Shown here: piece by piece, positions 28,424 through 38,412 of the stretch | Position numbering within the stretch: position 1 is the first letter of the stretch | Layout of the letters: every line of letters starts with the position of its first letter | Source of the DNA: Alphaproteobacteria bacterium | Lineage (GTDB): Bacteria > Pseudomonadota > Alphaproteobacteria > CBDDJK01 | Reading direction: 5' to 3' | DNA length: 62,031 nucleotides | Assembly (NCBI GenBank): GCA_045106055.1 | Contig: JBGCED010000007.1 | Coordinates: 1-62,031, forward strand | Position numbers and translations under genes: made by a program | The notes under the pieces: model-generated | Told to the model about the DNA's origin: nothing | The model's input: the letters and a program-made list of their open reading frames with translations, nothing else | Database searches by the model: none

Positions 28424-29544
28424 TGAACCAAGCTTGCACCTTCTGCCAGGGATTTTAACTTGGCATAGGCAATATCAGGATCAACCGCGCCAAAGCCCGC
28501 AAAAGTGCCAAAGCCGCAATCTGACCCTGCAATCACGCGATCCTTGCCCACAATATCCACAAAACGCTGTATGCGCTGTGCAACAAGCTTTGGATGTTCC
28601 ACAAAATTGGTGGTCGTATCCACAACCCCAGGGATTAAAATCTTATGATCTGGAATATCGGCTGCCCGTTCTTGAAAAACCTCCCATTCATGCCCATGGC
28701 GCGGATTGGAAGTTTCAAATAATATCTTGGCTGGCTTTACCGACATTAACACATCAAACATTTTTGCCATTGGAATATCGCAGACATGGGGACCTTCATA
28801 ATTGCCCCAGCAAATATGCAAGCGCACCTTATCGGCAGGAATATCGCGCAGCGCATGATTTAGGGCTTCAACATGGCTTTGCGCAATCTTTAAAAATTCA
28901 TCATCCTGCAATTCATTAAACAGCATATGCCGACTTAGGGCAAGATCGGGGCAATCCAGCTGCAAATCAAGCCCTGCAGCGATAATGGTTTCATATTCTG
29001 CTTTCATCGCATCGGCAAGCGCCGCCAAATAGGCTTCACGCGATGAATAATATGAATTTTGTAAGAATAATGAAATCACGCCAGGCGATGCCGCATTCAT
29101 AAAGCCTTTATTTACCTTATGTTCTGCCATGGCCGCTTTAAGATTGGCAATGTCTTTTTCAAGCTCGCCTTGTCCTTTTGATGTAACTTCCCCCACGCAC
29201 ATGGGACGCGCATATTGCGGGGTGCCGCCATCATTTGCCAGCCGCTTTAAAAAGCTTGGAAATAATTTAAGATCGGCGGGGGGATTGCGCGGACTATCGC
29301 CGTCAAAGCCTGTATAGCGATCCTTGACATAGGTTGCATAGCTGATCTTGGAAGTTTCCCCATCGGATACAATATCAACCCCCGCTTCCACCTGTTGGCG
29401 CACGGTTTCCAGTACGGCGCGGGTCATGGATTGATCAAATTCTGCTTGCTCATAGGGTTTATGATGTTCGCGCGCAAAGATAAAATCAACGGTTTCTTGG
29501 GTGCGCGGCAATGATCCGACATGGGTGGTTTTAATGTGTTTCAT
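28420..29544 (-). CDS. cobalamin-independent methionine synthase C-terminal-domain-like protein (MetE-II / Zn methyltransferase fold)
   Basis: 374 aa (half the length of true MetE); THVGSLPR N-terminus; candidate Zn ligands in HICWGN and SDCGFG. Confidence 0.75.
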   Translation of the reverse strand: MKHIKTTHVGSLPRTQETVDFIFAREHHKPYEQAEFDQSMTRAVLETVRQQVEAGVDIVSDGETSKISYATYVKDRYTGFDGDSPRNPPADLKLFPSFLKRLANDGGTPQYARPMCVGEVTSKGQGELEKDIANLKAAMAEHKVNKGFMNAASPGVISLFLQNSYYSSREAYLAALADAMKAEYETIIAAGLDLQLDCPDLALSRHMLFNELQDDEFLKIAQSHVEALNHALRDIPADKVRLHICWGNYEGPHVCDIPMAKMFDVLMSVKPAKILFETSNPRHGHEWEVFQERAADIPDHKILIPGVVDTTTNFVEHPKLVAQRIQRFVDIVGKDRVIAGSDCGFGTFAGFGAVDPDIAYAKLKSLAEGASLVQ

Positions 29545-29561
29545 AATGATTCCTTATATGA

Positions 29562-30527
29562 TTATTTGCTGGTTAATCCTGCTTGATCTTTGGTGCGGGT
29601 AATGCGGTAAAGGGCTGCCTGTCCCATCATTGAGGGGGAAAGCTGATAAGGGATATTTTCAGGCATGCTCATCGTATCGCCTTTGGCTAGGGTTATATGA
29701 TTATCTTGCCCCCATTTAACCAGCCAATGCCCCTTTACGGGCATTAACACGCAGGGTTCTGGATGCTGGCTTGACGCATTGCCAGATGATGCGCGGGTGA
29801 TAAAGTCAATTTCAAAGCCTGGGCGATCTTTTAATAGACCCTTTGCGCCAATCACTTTGACGGGCTGGTGATCGGCAAGCGCAACCATATCCCAATAGCG
29901 CGCAACATGGTTTGGAATGACTTCAGCCGTTGTTGGCTCGCCTCGCTTTGCCAATTCTGTTTCCGTCATCACTGGCATGGGGCTTATGCCATCTGGCAAG
30001 GATTCCCCCTTATTTATATCATAAAGCCTGCCCGTTTCCGCAAGGATCAAGCCATGCTGTTTGGCTTCTTCAATTACTTGCGGCGCCCACATGACACCGC
30101 CCCCTGCATCATCGCCGCCCAGCACCGCCATAATCATGCCATAATCCGATCCGATATTTTCAAATCCGCGAAAAATGCCTGTGGGAATGTTAAAAATATC
30201 GCCCGCTTCCAGCACCACTTCGCCCGCATTCCCCCAGCGTCCCCAAAAGAACCGCCAGCGACCCTTTAGCACAAAAAACACTTCGGCGGTGCGGTGATCA
30301 TGCAGCGAATTGCGACATCTTGGCGGCTGACCCGCTGCACCAATGTTAAAGCCATGCGGGATATTGATATGGACATGCTGATCAGGGCTTTCAGATACGC
30401 CGCCACCAATGATCGTAAAATTTTCTTTTTGATCCGATCCTGGTGTATGCGTATCAATAAAGGCGGTCTTGCACGGTTTTAACGCACCATAACGAACGAT
30501 CCGCTGTTCCATATCCTGCAACATCAT
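29562..30527 (-). CDS. bicupin-domain protein
   Basis: Two cupin barrels (HDHRTAEVFFVLKGRW...GDIFNIP and HPEPCVLMPVKGHW...GDTMSMP). The start at 30527 overlaps the upstream stop by 1 nt (TAATG). Confidence 0.65.
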   Translation of the reverse strand: MMLQDMEQRIVRYGALKPCKTAFIDTHTPGSDQKENFTIIGGGVSESPDQHVHINIPHGFNIGAAGQPPRCRNSLHDHRTAEVFFVLKGRWRFFWGRWGNAGEVVLEAGDIFNIPTGIFRGFENIGSDYGMIMAVLGGDDAGGGVMWAPQVIEEAKQHGLILAETGRLYDINKGESLPDGISPMPVMTETELAKRGEPTTAEVIPNHVARYWDMVALADHQPVKVIGAKGLLKDRPGFEIDFITRASSGNASSQHPEPCVLMPVKGHWLVKWGQDNHITLAKGDTMSMPENIPYQLSPSMMGQAALYRITRTKDQAGLTSK

Positions 30528-31528
30528 TAAATATCCCCGCTTTGCATTAGGATTTGCTTCCAAATCGCAACCTCGTCATAAAGTGCGGTTTCGCGGCGGA
30601 TTGTCGCCTCCCCGCTTTCGCCATTGGTTATAAATGGACCATATTCTGCATGGCACATCCCCATAATATGCACTTTTGCGCCTGTGGGTCTGCCAAATGC
30701 CCCAAGCCCATCATGCACACCGTCAAGCGACCATCTTATCGCCGCGCGGGGGGGAAGCATATCGCCCTCCATGCCAATTTGATGGTGAATTTTAAACATT
30801 GCATTTGGAAAGGATGATCGCAAGCCCAGCCAAAAATCTTCGACTGATTCCCATGATAATCCCGCAACCCCGCCAGCATAATGGGCTATCACCGCGCGAT
30901 CATAATCATGCTTGATGCACTCAAATTCCTTATTCATCATTTTTTGTAAAGTCGCAGCATATTTCACGCCCCATATATGATCATTGCCGCTTCCGTGATA
31001 GCCCCCATCCACATCTTGATCGGGGGTAAAGGGTTTTGATGCGGTTTCAACCCCGCCTTCAGATCGGATTAATTCGCGCGCAAATTCACGCGGATGCCCG
31101 CCAAGCTGGCGCACGATTGCGCCATAATCCCGCACCAGCCATTCATCAAAGATCACATCATCCTTGGCAGCGCAATCGGCAATTACCCTTGCGGTGAATT
31201 TTTTGCCTGTGGCTTTACCAAATAGCCCATCATGGGTATGGGTTGCGGTTGTGATCAAACGATGAGACGATAAAAACCCCGTATCCGCATCGCCTGACCA
31301 GATCACATCTTCGCCAAAAAGCTGGCGATCGCGAAATTCATAAATTGTTCCCATGGTGGATGCAATCACGGCTTGATTGCCGCGCTGAATGCCCATTGGT
31401 GATCTTACGGGAATATTGGGGGCATAATAATGATTTAGCGTTCCCACCCCGCGATCTTCCCAAATTTCCTTGGTAATGCCGATAATGTAATCTGGAAAAT
31501 CCTTCCAGCGATTTGAAAAGCCTTTCAT
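30527..31528 (-). CDS. tandem SnoaL/NTF2-like (ester-cyclase-like) protein, paralog 1
   Basis: 333 aa, two NTF2-like halves (ITKEIWEDRGVG...DEWLVRD and ...ALYDEVAIWKQI); fold assignment made by eye. Confidence 0.55.
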   Translation of the reverse strand: MKGFSNRWKDFPDYIIGITKEIWEDRGVGTLNHYYAPNIPVRSPMGIQRGNQAVIASTMGTIYEFRDRQLFGEDVIWSGDADTGFLSSHRLITTATHTHDGLFGKATGKKFTARVIADCAAKDDVIFDEWLVRDYGAIVRQLGGHPREFARELIRSEGGVETASKPFTPDQDVDGGYHGSGNDHIWGVKYAATLQKMMNKEFECIKHDYDRAVIAHYAGGVAGLSWESVEDFWLGLRSSFPNAMFKIHHQIGMEGDMLPPRAAIRWSLDGVHDGLGAFGRPTGAKVHIMGMCHAEYGPFITNGESGEATIRRETALYDEVAIWKQILMQSGDI

Positions 31529-31532
31529 AATT

Positions 31533-32543
31533 TTATGCTCCTTTTAAGCTGCGGGTTGAGCCGCGAATAATCAGCGGTCCATCAATTTCTATGGTTTGAA
31601 TGGGGCATTCAGGATCTTGTATATTGGCAAGCAAAGTGTCAATCGTTGCATCCACCATGCGGTTAACGGGCTGCCTTACCGTGGTTAGATCATAAGCGGC
31701 CCAGCTTGCCATTGGCACATCATCATAGCCAACCACCGATATATCTTGCGGAACGCGAACACCCAGCCCTTGGCGCAATATATCCAGCACTGCAAATGCC
31801 ATATGATCATTTGCCACAAAAATAGCATCGGGCTTGGTTTGACGCTGCATTAATATCTGCGTTGCCTCGGCTGCAATGTTGCGGTTAAACATGCCGTCAA
31901 TAATGTCAATCGGGGCTTGCCCATGTTCTTTTAAGCCATCGATAAAGCCCTGCAAGCGATCGCGGCCTGTTGATGATCCTTTCCAGCCCGCAATATGGGC
32001 AATGCGGTGATGCCCGCTTTTGACCAGAAAATTTGCAACCTTGCGTCCCCCCTCCACATTGGCGGAAGTGACCGATGAATGTCCAGACCTTGGCTGCGCG
32101 CGGTTGAACATGACAACGGGAATCCCTGATTTGGCGCAGCGCTGGGTTAAATTAGACGATATAGACACAGAAGCAGTAATGATGCCATCCACTTGATAAT
32201 CAAGCAATTCGGCAACGACATCCTCCACCCGTTCCTGTTCATTTTCTGCCATAAACACAAGAATATGATAGCCCCTTTTTTGCAGCGCATTTGAAAGCCG
32301 TTCCAGCGCAACAGGGTAAAATTGATTTTCCAAATAAGACACGACAAGCCCAATGATGCGCGTTTTGCCTGTAATCATTGCGCGCGCCAGTGAATTTGGG
32401 CGGTAACCCAGCCTGTTTGCGGCATCATGCACCTTGGCAATGGTTGCCTTGGATGCGGATGCACCAGAAAACACACGGCTGACCGCCGATTGGCTGACCC
32501 CTGCATGGCGGGCAACTTCTTGTGAGGTTACCTTGATATTCAT
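31533..32543 (-). CDS. LacI-family transcriptional repressor
   Basis: N-terminal HTH VTSQEVARHAGVSQSAVSRVFSG plus periplasmic-binding-protein-like effector domain. Confidence 0.9.
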   Translation of the reverse strand: MNIKVTSQEVARHAGVSQSAVSRVFSGASASKATIAKVHDAANRLGYRPNSLARAMITGKTRIIGLVVSYLENQFYPVALERLSNALQKRGYHILVFMAENEQERVEDVVAELLDYQVDGIITASVSISSNLTQRCAKSGIPVVMFNRAQPRSGHSSVTSANVEGGRKVANFLVKSGHHRIAHIAGWKGSSTGRDRLQGFIDGLKEHGQAPIDIIDGMFNRNIAAEATQILMQRQTKPDAIFVANDHMAFAVLDILRQGLGVRVPQDISVVGYDDVPMASWAAYDLTTVRQPVNRMVDATIDTLLANIQDPECPIQTIEIDGPLIIRGSTRSLKGA

Positions 32544-32559
32544 CTAGCCCGCGCGTCCA

Positions 32560-33333
32560 TTATTCTGCCGTCCATCCGCCATCAATCATCAAGGAAGTTC
32601 CCGTCACCAACGAAGCTGCATCGCTGCTTAGATAAACCGCCGCGCCCATAATATCTTCCACCTTGCCAACCCGCCCCAATTTGATTTTATCTTCAATCCA
32701 TGCGCGCCGCTGCGGATCCGCAAAAGTGCTTGCGGTTAATTCGGTTAGAATAAAAGTGGGACAGATCGTATTGATCCGAATGCCATGCTTGCCCCATTCA
32801 ATCGCCATGGCTTTGGTAAAGCCCTCAACCGCGTGCTTGGTTGCGCAATAAACCGCGCGATCAATCCCGCCAACATGCGCCATTTGGCTTGAAATATTAA
32901 TCAGGCTGCCCGATTTTCCAGCTGCGATTAAGTTTGATGCAACCGCTTGCGTTAGAAAAAATGCCCCTTTTAGATTAAGATCGCTAACCGCGTCAAAATC
33001 AGTTTCTTGTGCATCAAGGGCTGCGCTATGGCGCGCCATCCCCGCTGAATTGATTAAAACATCAAAGGGATCTGCGGCGTTAATCGCTTGCTTTGTTGCC
33101 TGAATGTCGCTTACATCCAGCTTGATTATATCCGCCGTCATGCCCGCATGATTAATTTCAGCCGCCAAGGCTTCAAGCTTATTCACGCTGCGCGCGGCAA
33201 GCGTGACAGATGCCCCTGCTTCAGCTAAGGCAACTGCGCACGCAGCCCCAATGCCAGAGGATGCGCCTGTGACCAAAGCGCGGCGACCATCAAGGCGAAA
33301 AGAAGGGGTAACGGGCAGCGTCATGGCGTTCAT
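32560..33333 (-). CDS. short-chain dehydrogenase/reductase
   Basis: TGASSGIGAA cofactor motif, NSAG, catalytic YCATKHAV. Confidence 0.9.
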   Translation of the reverse strand: MNAMTLPVTPSFRLDGRRALVTGASSGIGAACAVALAEAGASVTLAARSVNKLEALAAEINHAGMTADIIKLDVSDIQATKQAINAADPFDVLINSAGMARHSAALDAQETDFDAVSDLNLKGAFFLTQAVASNLIAAGKSGSLINISSQMAHVGGIDRAVYCATKHAVEGFTKAMAIEWGKHGIRINTICPTFILTELTASTFADPQRRAWIEDKIKLGRVGKVEDIMGAAVYLSSDAASLVTGTSLMIDGGWTAE

Positions 33334-34391
33334 TCCTTTATCATTAATCCAGATGGAATGGATAGCGGATGCAGGCTGCGCATTTTGTTAAATTCATGCA
33401 AGCGCGCAAACACATCCACCCCAATTTGGGCATAAAGATCAAGCAGATCAACCAGCACCCAATTCTCGCGAATAAGCCCATCTTCAAGCCGCCAAAAATC
33501 AAGGCTGCGCAATAAAACTTCTTTGCCCGCAGGGGCAATCCCCATCCAGCCATCATGGTTTAGGGTCAGGCGCATATTGGGCCAGCCCGTCTCGCAGACA
33601 TAATCCCCCTCGCCAATCCAATTCGACATTAAATCGCCCATCGCATCCAATTTACGATCTGGCATGGCGCGCAAAAACGGAATTTGATGCCAGTTGCGAA
33701 AGCCAGATATGCCGCGACATGCGCCAATCCCCGCTGGCCCGTACCAGTTAAAATGCGGATGCCAAAATTTCTCAAGCTCCATAATGGCAGGATCAGGATT
33801 ATTGGGATAACGACATAAGGCGGTTAGCATATCAATCACATGGTTCATAGCATGATTGCCATTATCTGAAACGCCCCCATCACCCACATTCAGCCCGTCT
33901 TGGCTTAGGGGCGCAGGGGTGCATAAATAAGCGCCAAGCTGCGGCGCCATTGGCCATGCTTTTGCTTGCATCATCATTTCGGGAATATCCCAAATCGCTT
34001 GCATTTGGGTCACCTTGCCCGCATCCAATTTAAAAAATTCATGGTAGCGCATATGCGCCAGCTGCCCTGTGGGGGGAATGTTTAAAAAAGGCGCAGTGAA
34101 TGTTCCCATATAATTGCCCATACAGCCAACCCAATCTTGACCTTCTTTGGTTGTTCCTGCCATCACAATCATATCACGCCGCTCAAGATCGGGCAGCGCA
34201 GATAATAAGGGGGTGATGCAATGTTCCCAATAGGAATCTGCCCCCATTAAATCCCCAAAAGGATGACATAGATGAAGCATGGCATCTGGTGCAAAAAGCG
34301 CATGCACGGAATCGCGCCACGCCGCTTTATCTGCACCGATGGCGGCGCGCCGATAAGGTTCAATTTGTGCTTTTAATGCGGATGGATTCAT
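33330..34391 (-). CDS. tandem SnoaL/NTF2-like protein, paralog 2
   Basis: Start chosen at ATG 34391 (ATGA overlap with the upstream stop). Shares PFLNIPPTG..., WYGPAGIG... and ENWVLVDLL blocks with paralog 3. Confidence 0.6.
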   Translation of the reverse strand: MNPSALKAQIEPYRRAAIGADKAAWRDSVHALFAPDAMLHLCHPFGDLMGADSYWEHCITPLLSALPDLERRDMIVMAGTTKEGQDWVGCMGNYMGTFTAPFLNIPPTGQLAHMRYHEFFKLDAGKVTQMQAIWDIPEMMMQAKAWPMAPQLGAYLCTPAPLSQDGLNVGDGGVSDNGNHAMNHVIDMLTALCRYPNNPDPAIMELEKFWHPHFNWYGPAGIGACRGISGFRNWHQIPFLRAMPDRKLDAMGDLMSNWIGEGDYVCETGWPNMRLTLNHDGWMGIAPAGKEVLLRSLDFWRLEDGLIRENWVLVDLLDLYAQIGVDVFARLHEFNKMRSLHPLSIPSGLMIKE

Positions 34392-35716
34392 TGTGAAGCC
34401 GTGCCATAGGGTGCCGCAGTGCCATAAGCAACATCTTTGCCGCCATAGCGGCGCACGCGAATATTGCATTGTTCAGCATGACCGACAAAGCCTTCCAACA
34501 TACATAGTCTTGATCCATATTCACCGATCAGCGTTGCGGCTTCATCGCTTTCAATGCGTTGATAGCTATGGGTTTTTAAAAATTTACCAACCCATAGCCC
34601 GCCTGTATAACGCCCCGCCTTTTTGGTGGGCAAAGTGTGATTCGTGCCGATGACCTTATCGCCATTTGAAACATTGGTGCGGGCCCCCAAAAATAATGCG
34701 CCAAAGGAATGCATATGATCCAAAAACCATTGATCGCGATCCGTCATAATCTGCACATGTTCAAATGCTTTTTCATTGGCAACAGCCAGCATTTCATCAT
34801 AAGCATCACATAAAATAACCTCGCCATAATCGCGCCAGCTTACAGATGCGGTCTCTGCGGTTGGCAGAATTTTTAAAATGCGGTCAATTTCTGCCATCGT
34901 GTCATCTGCCAATTTGCGTGAATTGGTGATTAAAATCGCAGGGGAATTATAGCCATGTTCGGCTTGACCCAGCAAATCGGTTGCACATAATTCGCCGTCC
35001 ACCGTATCATCGGCAATGATCATGGTTTCGGTTGGTCCTGCAAATAAATCAATGCCAACCCGCCCATAAAGCTGGCGTTTTGCTTCTGCGACAAAGGCAT
35101 TGCCGGGCCCAACAAGCATATCAACTTGCTTGATCGTTTCCGTGCCAAGCGCCATTGCCCCCACCGCCTGTATGCCGCCCATCACATAAATTTCATGCGC
35201 CCCGCCCAAATGCATGGCAGCAACAATCGCAGGATGGGGCGCGCCATCAACAGGCGGTGCAGATGCAATAATGCGCGGCACGCCCGCAACATTTGCGGTT
35301 AGCACCGACATATGCGCCGATGCCACCATCGGGAATTTTCCCCCTGGGACATAGCACCCCACCGACTGCACGGGAATATTCTTATGCCCCAAAATCACGC
35401 CAGGCATGGTTTCAACCTCAATATCTTTCATGGATGCGCGCTGGGCTTGTGCAAAGGTGCGAATTTGCTTTTGCGCGAATTTTATATCTTCCATATCGCG
35501 GGTTGATAATTTTTGCATTGCTGCTTCAATCTGGGAATCGGTTAAACGAAAGCTTTGCGGTTCATAATCATCAAATTTTGCGCTTAATTCACGCACAGCC
35601 TTGTCCCCGCGTGCTTCAATATCTTGTAAGGTTGCTTCCACCACCGCGCGCACTTTTGCATCATCTTCGGCGCGTTCTGATTCGGGCTTTCCTGATTTAA
35701 GATAATTAATGGTCAT
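34388..35716 (-). CDS. histidinol-dehydrogenase-family NAD-dependent alcohol-to-acid dehydrogenase (non-his context; HpsN-like subgroup suspected)
   Basis: 442 aa; GQAEHG and GTNHTLPT Zn/active-site motifs, [25 protein letters not shown]. Confidence 0.8.
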   Translation of the reverse strand: MTINYLKSGKPESERAEDDAKVRAVVEATLQDIEARGDKAVRELSAKFDDYEPQSFRLTDSQIEAAMQKLSTRDMEDIKFAQKQIRTFAQAQRASMKDIEVETMPGVILGHKNIPVQSVGCYVPGGKFPMVASAHMSVLTANVAGVPRIIASAPPVDGAPHPAIVAAMHLGGAHEIYVMGGIQAVGAMALGTETIKQVDMLVGPGNAFVAEAKRQLYGRVGIDLFAGPTETMIIADDTVDGELCATDLLGQAEHGYNSPAILITNSRKLADDTMAEIDRILKILPTAETASVSWRDYGEVILCDAYDEMLAVANEKAFEHVQIMTDRDQWFLDHMHSFGALFLGARTNVSNGDKVIGTNHTLPTKKAGRYTGGLWVGKFLKTHSYQRIESDEAATLIGEYGSRLCMLEGFVGHAEQCNIRVRRYGGKDVAYGTAAPYGTASQ

Positions 35717-35753
35717 TGATCTTTATCCTTAATGATGTTCTTTAAAAAAAGCT

Positions 35754-36797
35754 TTAATGCAATCTTATCCCTGTTTTTGCATCAAATAAATGGCAAATGC
35801 TGGCAGGAATTGCGCCCGATACGGCATCGCCGATTTTTGCGCGAAATGTTTTTGGGGCTTTGATTGATACAAGCGCGCCCCCAACCTTGACGGTAATCAT
35901 GGTTGCATCCCCCAACAATTCAAGTGAATAGATGGGTGCGCTAATTTCGCCATGATCGGCAAGGCTGGCATCTTCGGCTCTAAAGCCAAGGGTAACCGCG
36001 CCATCAGCGCCTTCTAGTCCGCTAATTTTAACTTTATCAGCCGTAAAAACGCCATTTTCAAGCACACCTTCTATTAAATTCATCGCAGGATTGCCAATAA
36101 AGCCCGCCACAAAGGCATTTGCAGGGCGGTCATAAATTTCGGTCGGGGTTGCAACTTGCTGCACAATTCCCTTATACATCACAACAACACGATCAGCTAG
36201 GGTCATGGCCTCAATTTGATCATGGGTCACATAAACGGTGGTGACCTTTAATTCATGCGATAGATTTTTAATTTGCGCGCGGGTTGATACCCGCAATTTT
36301 GCATCCAAATTGGATAGGGGTTCATCCATTAAAAACACATTTGGACGGCGAACAATCGCCCTTGCCAGCGCAACCCGCTGTCTTTGCCCGCCAGATAATT
36401 CAGCGGGTTTACGATGCAGAAAATCATTTAATTCCACCATGTCGGCGGCACGGCGCACCCGCTTATCCTGTTCATCTGGATCGGATTTTCGAACCTTTAG
36501 CGGGAAGCGGATATTTTCATAGACATTTAAATTTGGATAAAGCGCATAGCTTTGAAACACCATCGCAACATTGCGGTCCTTGGGATCAAGATCATTGACG
36601 CGTTGATTATCAATAAAAATATCCCCCTCGGACGCATCTTCAAGCCCCGCAATCATGCGCATGGTTGTGGTTTTACCGCAGCCCGAAGGACCAAGCAGCA
36701 CAAGAAATTCCTGATCCGCAATGGTAAGGTCAAATTTATGAACGCCAACAAAGTCGCCCCAGCGTTTGGAAAGATTGCGCAGTTGAATTTCGGCCAT
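35754..36797 (-). CDS. ABC transporter ATP-binding protein (MalK/UgpC type, CUT1)
   Basis: Walker A GPSGCGKTT, signature LSGGQRQRVA, Walker B FLMDEPLS, C-terminal regulatory TOBE-like domain; ATG 36797 is preceded by AAGGA. Confidence 0.9.
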   Translation of the reverse strand: MAEIQLRNLSKRWGDFVGVHKFDLTIADQEFLVLLGPSGCGKTTTMRMIAGLEDASEGDIFIDNQRVNDLDPKDRNVAMVFQSYALYPNLNVYENIRFPLKVRKSDPDEQDKRVRRAADMVELNDFLHRKPAELSGGQRQRVALARAIVRRPNVFLMDEPLSNLDAKLRVSTRAQIKNLSHELKVTTVYVTHDQIEAMTLADRVVVMYKGIVQQVATPTEIYDRPANAFVAGFIGNPAMNLIEGVLENGVFTADKVKISGLEGADGAVTLGFRAEDASLADHGEISAPIYSLELLGDATMITVKVGGALVSIKAPKTFRAKIGDAVSGAIPASICHLFDAKTGIRLH

Positions 36798-36841
36798 CAG
36801 ACATCCTTCAATGATTAACACACTTAGATATTTAATATGAT

Positions 36842-36859
36842 TTTTGCATACGATTGCAT
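36842..36859. promoter_or_regulatory. candidate LacI-family operator O1 (core TGCATACGATTGCA)
   Basis: 18-bp sequence ttttgcatacgattgcat is the exact reverse complement of 36973..36990. The core is a CG-centred pseudo-palindrome lying 45-62 nt upstream of the ATPase ATG. Confidence 0.55.
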
Positions 36860-36972
36860 TATTATTACCCTTGATTTATCCATAAATGCAAGTGTTTTTT
36901 ATGAATTTTCTGCCTGTTAAGCATGAATTTGTGACTTGCAAAATGCAAATTTATTGTGTAGAGATAATATCT

Positions 36973-36990
36973 ATGCAATCGTATGCAAAA
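36973..36990. promoter_or_regulatory. candidate LacI-family operator O2 (core TGCAATCGTATGCA)
   Basis: Exact inverted copy of O1, 78-95 nt upstream of the solute-binding-protein ATG. Confidence 0.55.
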
Positions 36991-37067
36991 CTTGCACCCC
37001 GATTTAATCAGGTTTATTAATTTCGTTAATAAATATATCAAAAAACAAAAGGTCTGGAGAATAAAGG

Positions 37068-38330
37068 ATGAAAAATTTAGCAAAAATAGGGTTCGCTTCC
37101 GCGATTGCGGTATTAAGCAGCGCTTCATTTTTGGGGGCGGGCAATCATGCAGCTGCTCAAATGGCAAATTGCGCCGTTGATACGGGGCAGGTCAGCATTG
37201 TTGGCAATGAATTTCCTGCAATTCATACGGTTGCAAATGGCGCAGCCAAATGCAAGGGATTGACGGTGACTTCCAATCTAACTTCTGAACATCAAACCAT
37301 TAATGTTCCTGGCATGAAAGGCAACCCTGCTGAATATTCATCGGCGATCATTGCAAATTCATCGGTTGTTGCGCTTATTAACGAGGATGTGATTCGCCCC
37401 CTAGATGATTTGGTTGCAAAATATGGCGCGGATATTCCCAAACACCGCCTGATTACGATTGATGGCAAAATCTATGCGGTTGCTTTTATGGCAAATGCGC
37501 AAACGCTTGCTTATCGCAAGGATGTGCTTGAAAAAATTGGGGCGGCAGTGCCAACCAGCTATGAAGAAATGCTTGATGCTGCGGAAAAAATCCGTGCAGC
37601 TGGGATCAGCCAATATCCCGTTGGTGGGGCTTATGCAGCGGGCTGGAACCTAGCCGAAGAATTTGTGAATATGTATATTGGTCATGGCGGGGATTTTTTC
37701 AAAGCAGGAACGGCTGAAGTTTCAGTGAATAATGCGCGCGGAATTGCTGCTTTGGAAGTGATGAAAGCGCTTACCGAATATATGAATCCAGATTTTCTAA
37801 CCCATGATTCAAATGCCACCAACGCCGAAATGGAAGCTGGCAATGTGATGCTGATGAATATGTGGGGATCACGCATGGGTGTGCTGATGGATGATGAAGG
37901 CGCAGCCCCCGAAGTTTATGAAAATATTGCGGTTGCAGGCCCAATGACGGTCGGCGGCGGTAATATTCCAGCAACCACCTTGTGGTGGGATGGCTGGACG
38001 GTTGCCAAAAACTTGTCAGATGAAGATGCTGCAGCAACCTTTGTTGCGCTAGCCCATGGTTCAAGCCCCGCAATTTTAAATGATGAAACCATGTCGCAAG
38101 CAGTATGGATGATTGATGGCTATGAACCAGCACCCGTCAATGATGGTGTGTTTGCCGCAATTAGCGCAAATGCAAAGCCTTATCCAATGCTGCCCTTTAT
38201 GGGATTGCTGCATACAGCGCTTGGCAATAATTTGGGTGATTTCTTGCAAGGCAAAGAAAGTGCAGCCCAAGCCCTATCAGATGTTGAGGCGGCTTATACC
38301 GCAGCAGCAACCGAAAAAGGCTTCCTGTAG
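37068..38330 (+). CDS. ABC transporter extracellular solute-binding protein (family 1, CUT1)
   Basis: 420 aa with signal peptide; general SBP_bac_1 pattern; heads the permease operon. Confidence 0.8.
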   Translation: MKNLAKIGFASAIAVLSSASFLGAGNHAAAQMANCAVDTGQVSIVGNEFPAIHTVANGAAKCKGLTVTSNLTSEHQTINVPGMKGNPAEYSSAIIANSSVVALINEDVIRPLDDLVAKYGADIPKHRLITIDGKIYAVAFMANAQTLAYRKDVLEKIGAAVPTSYEEMLDAAEKIRAAGISQYPVGGAYAAGWNLAEEFVNMYIGHGGDFFKAGTAEVSVNNARGIAALEVMKALTEYMNPDFLTHDSNATNAEMEAGNVMLMNMWGSRMGVLMDDEGAAPEVYENIAVAGPMTVGGGNIPATTLWWDGWTVAKNLSDEDAAATFVALAHGSSPAILNDETMSQAVWMIDGYEPAPVNDGVFAAISANAKPYPMLPFMGLLHTALGNNLGDFLQGKESAAQALSDVEAAYTAAATEKGFL

Positions 38331-38359
38331 GCTTTCTTTTAATCTTTAGTGACTTAAAA

Positions 38360-38393
38360 AGGGGCGGCATTTAAACCGCCGCCTCTTTTTCTT
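38360..38393 (+). terminator. intrinsic terminator/attenuator hairpin between the SBP and permease genes
   Basis: a-gg-GGCGGC-(9-nt loop)-GCCGCC-tct followed by a T-rich run tttttcttt. Confidence 0.55.
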
Positions 38394-38412
38394 TAAACAG
38401 GCATTTGCGATC

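Noticed and set aside
34388-35716. Calling this hisD (histidine biosynthesis), and calling 28420..29544 metE
   Set aside because: The context is a transporter/catabolic operon with no his or met genes. The MetE-like ORF is about half the length of true MetE. Only family-level calls are justified.
36865-37167. 100-aa minus-strand ORF in the divergent promoter region of the island
   Set aside because: It is an AT-rich, Leu/Phe/Ile/Lys-biased translation that overlaps the SBP gene start and the candidate operators, so it is almost certainly non-coding.
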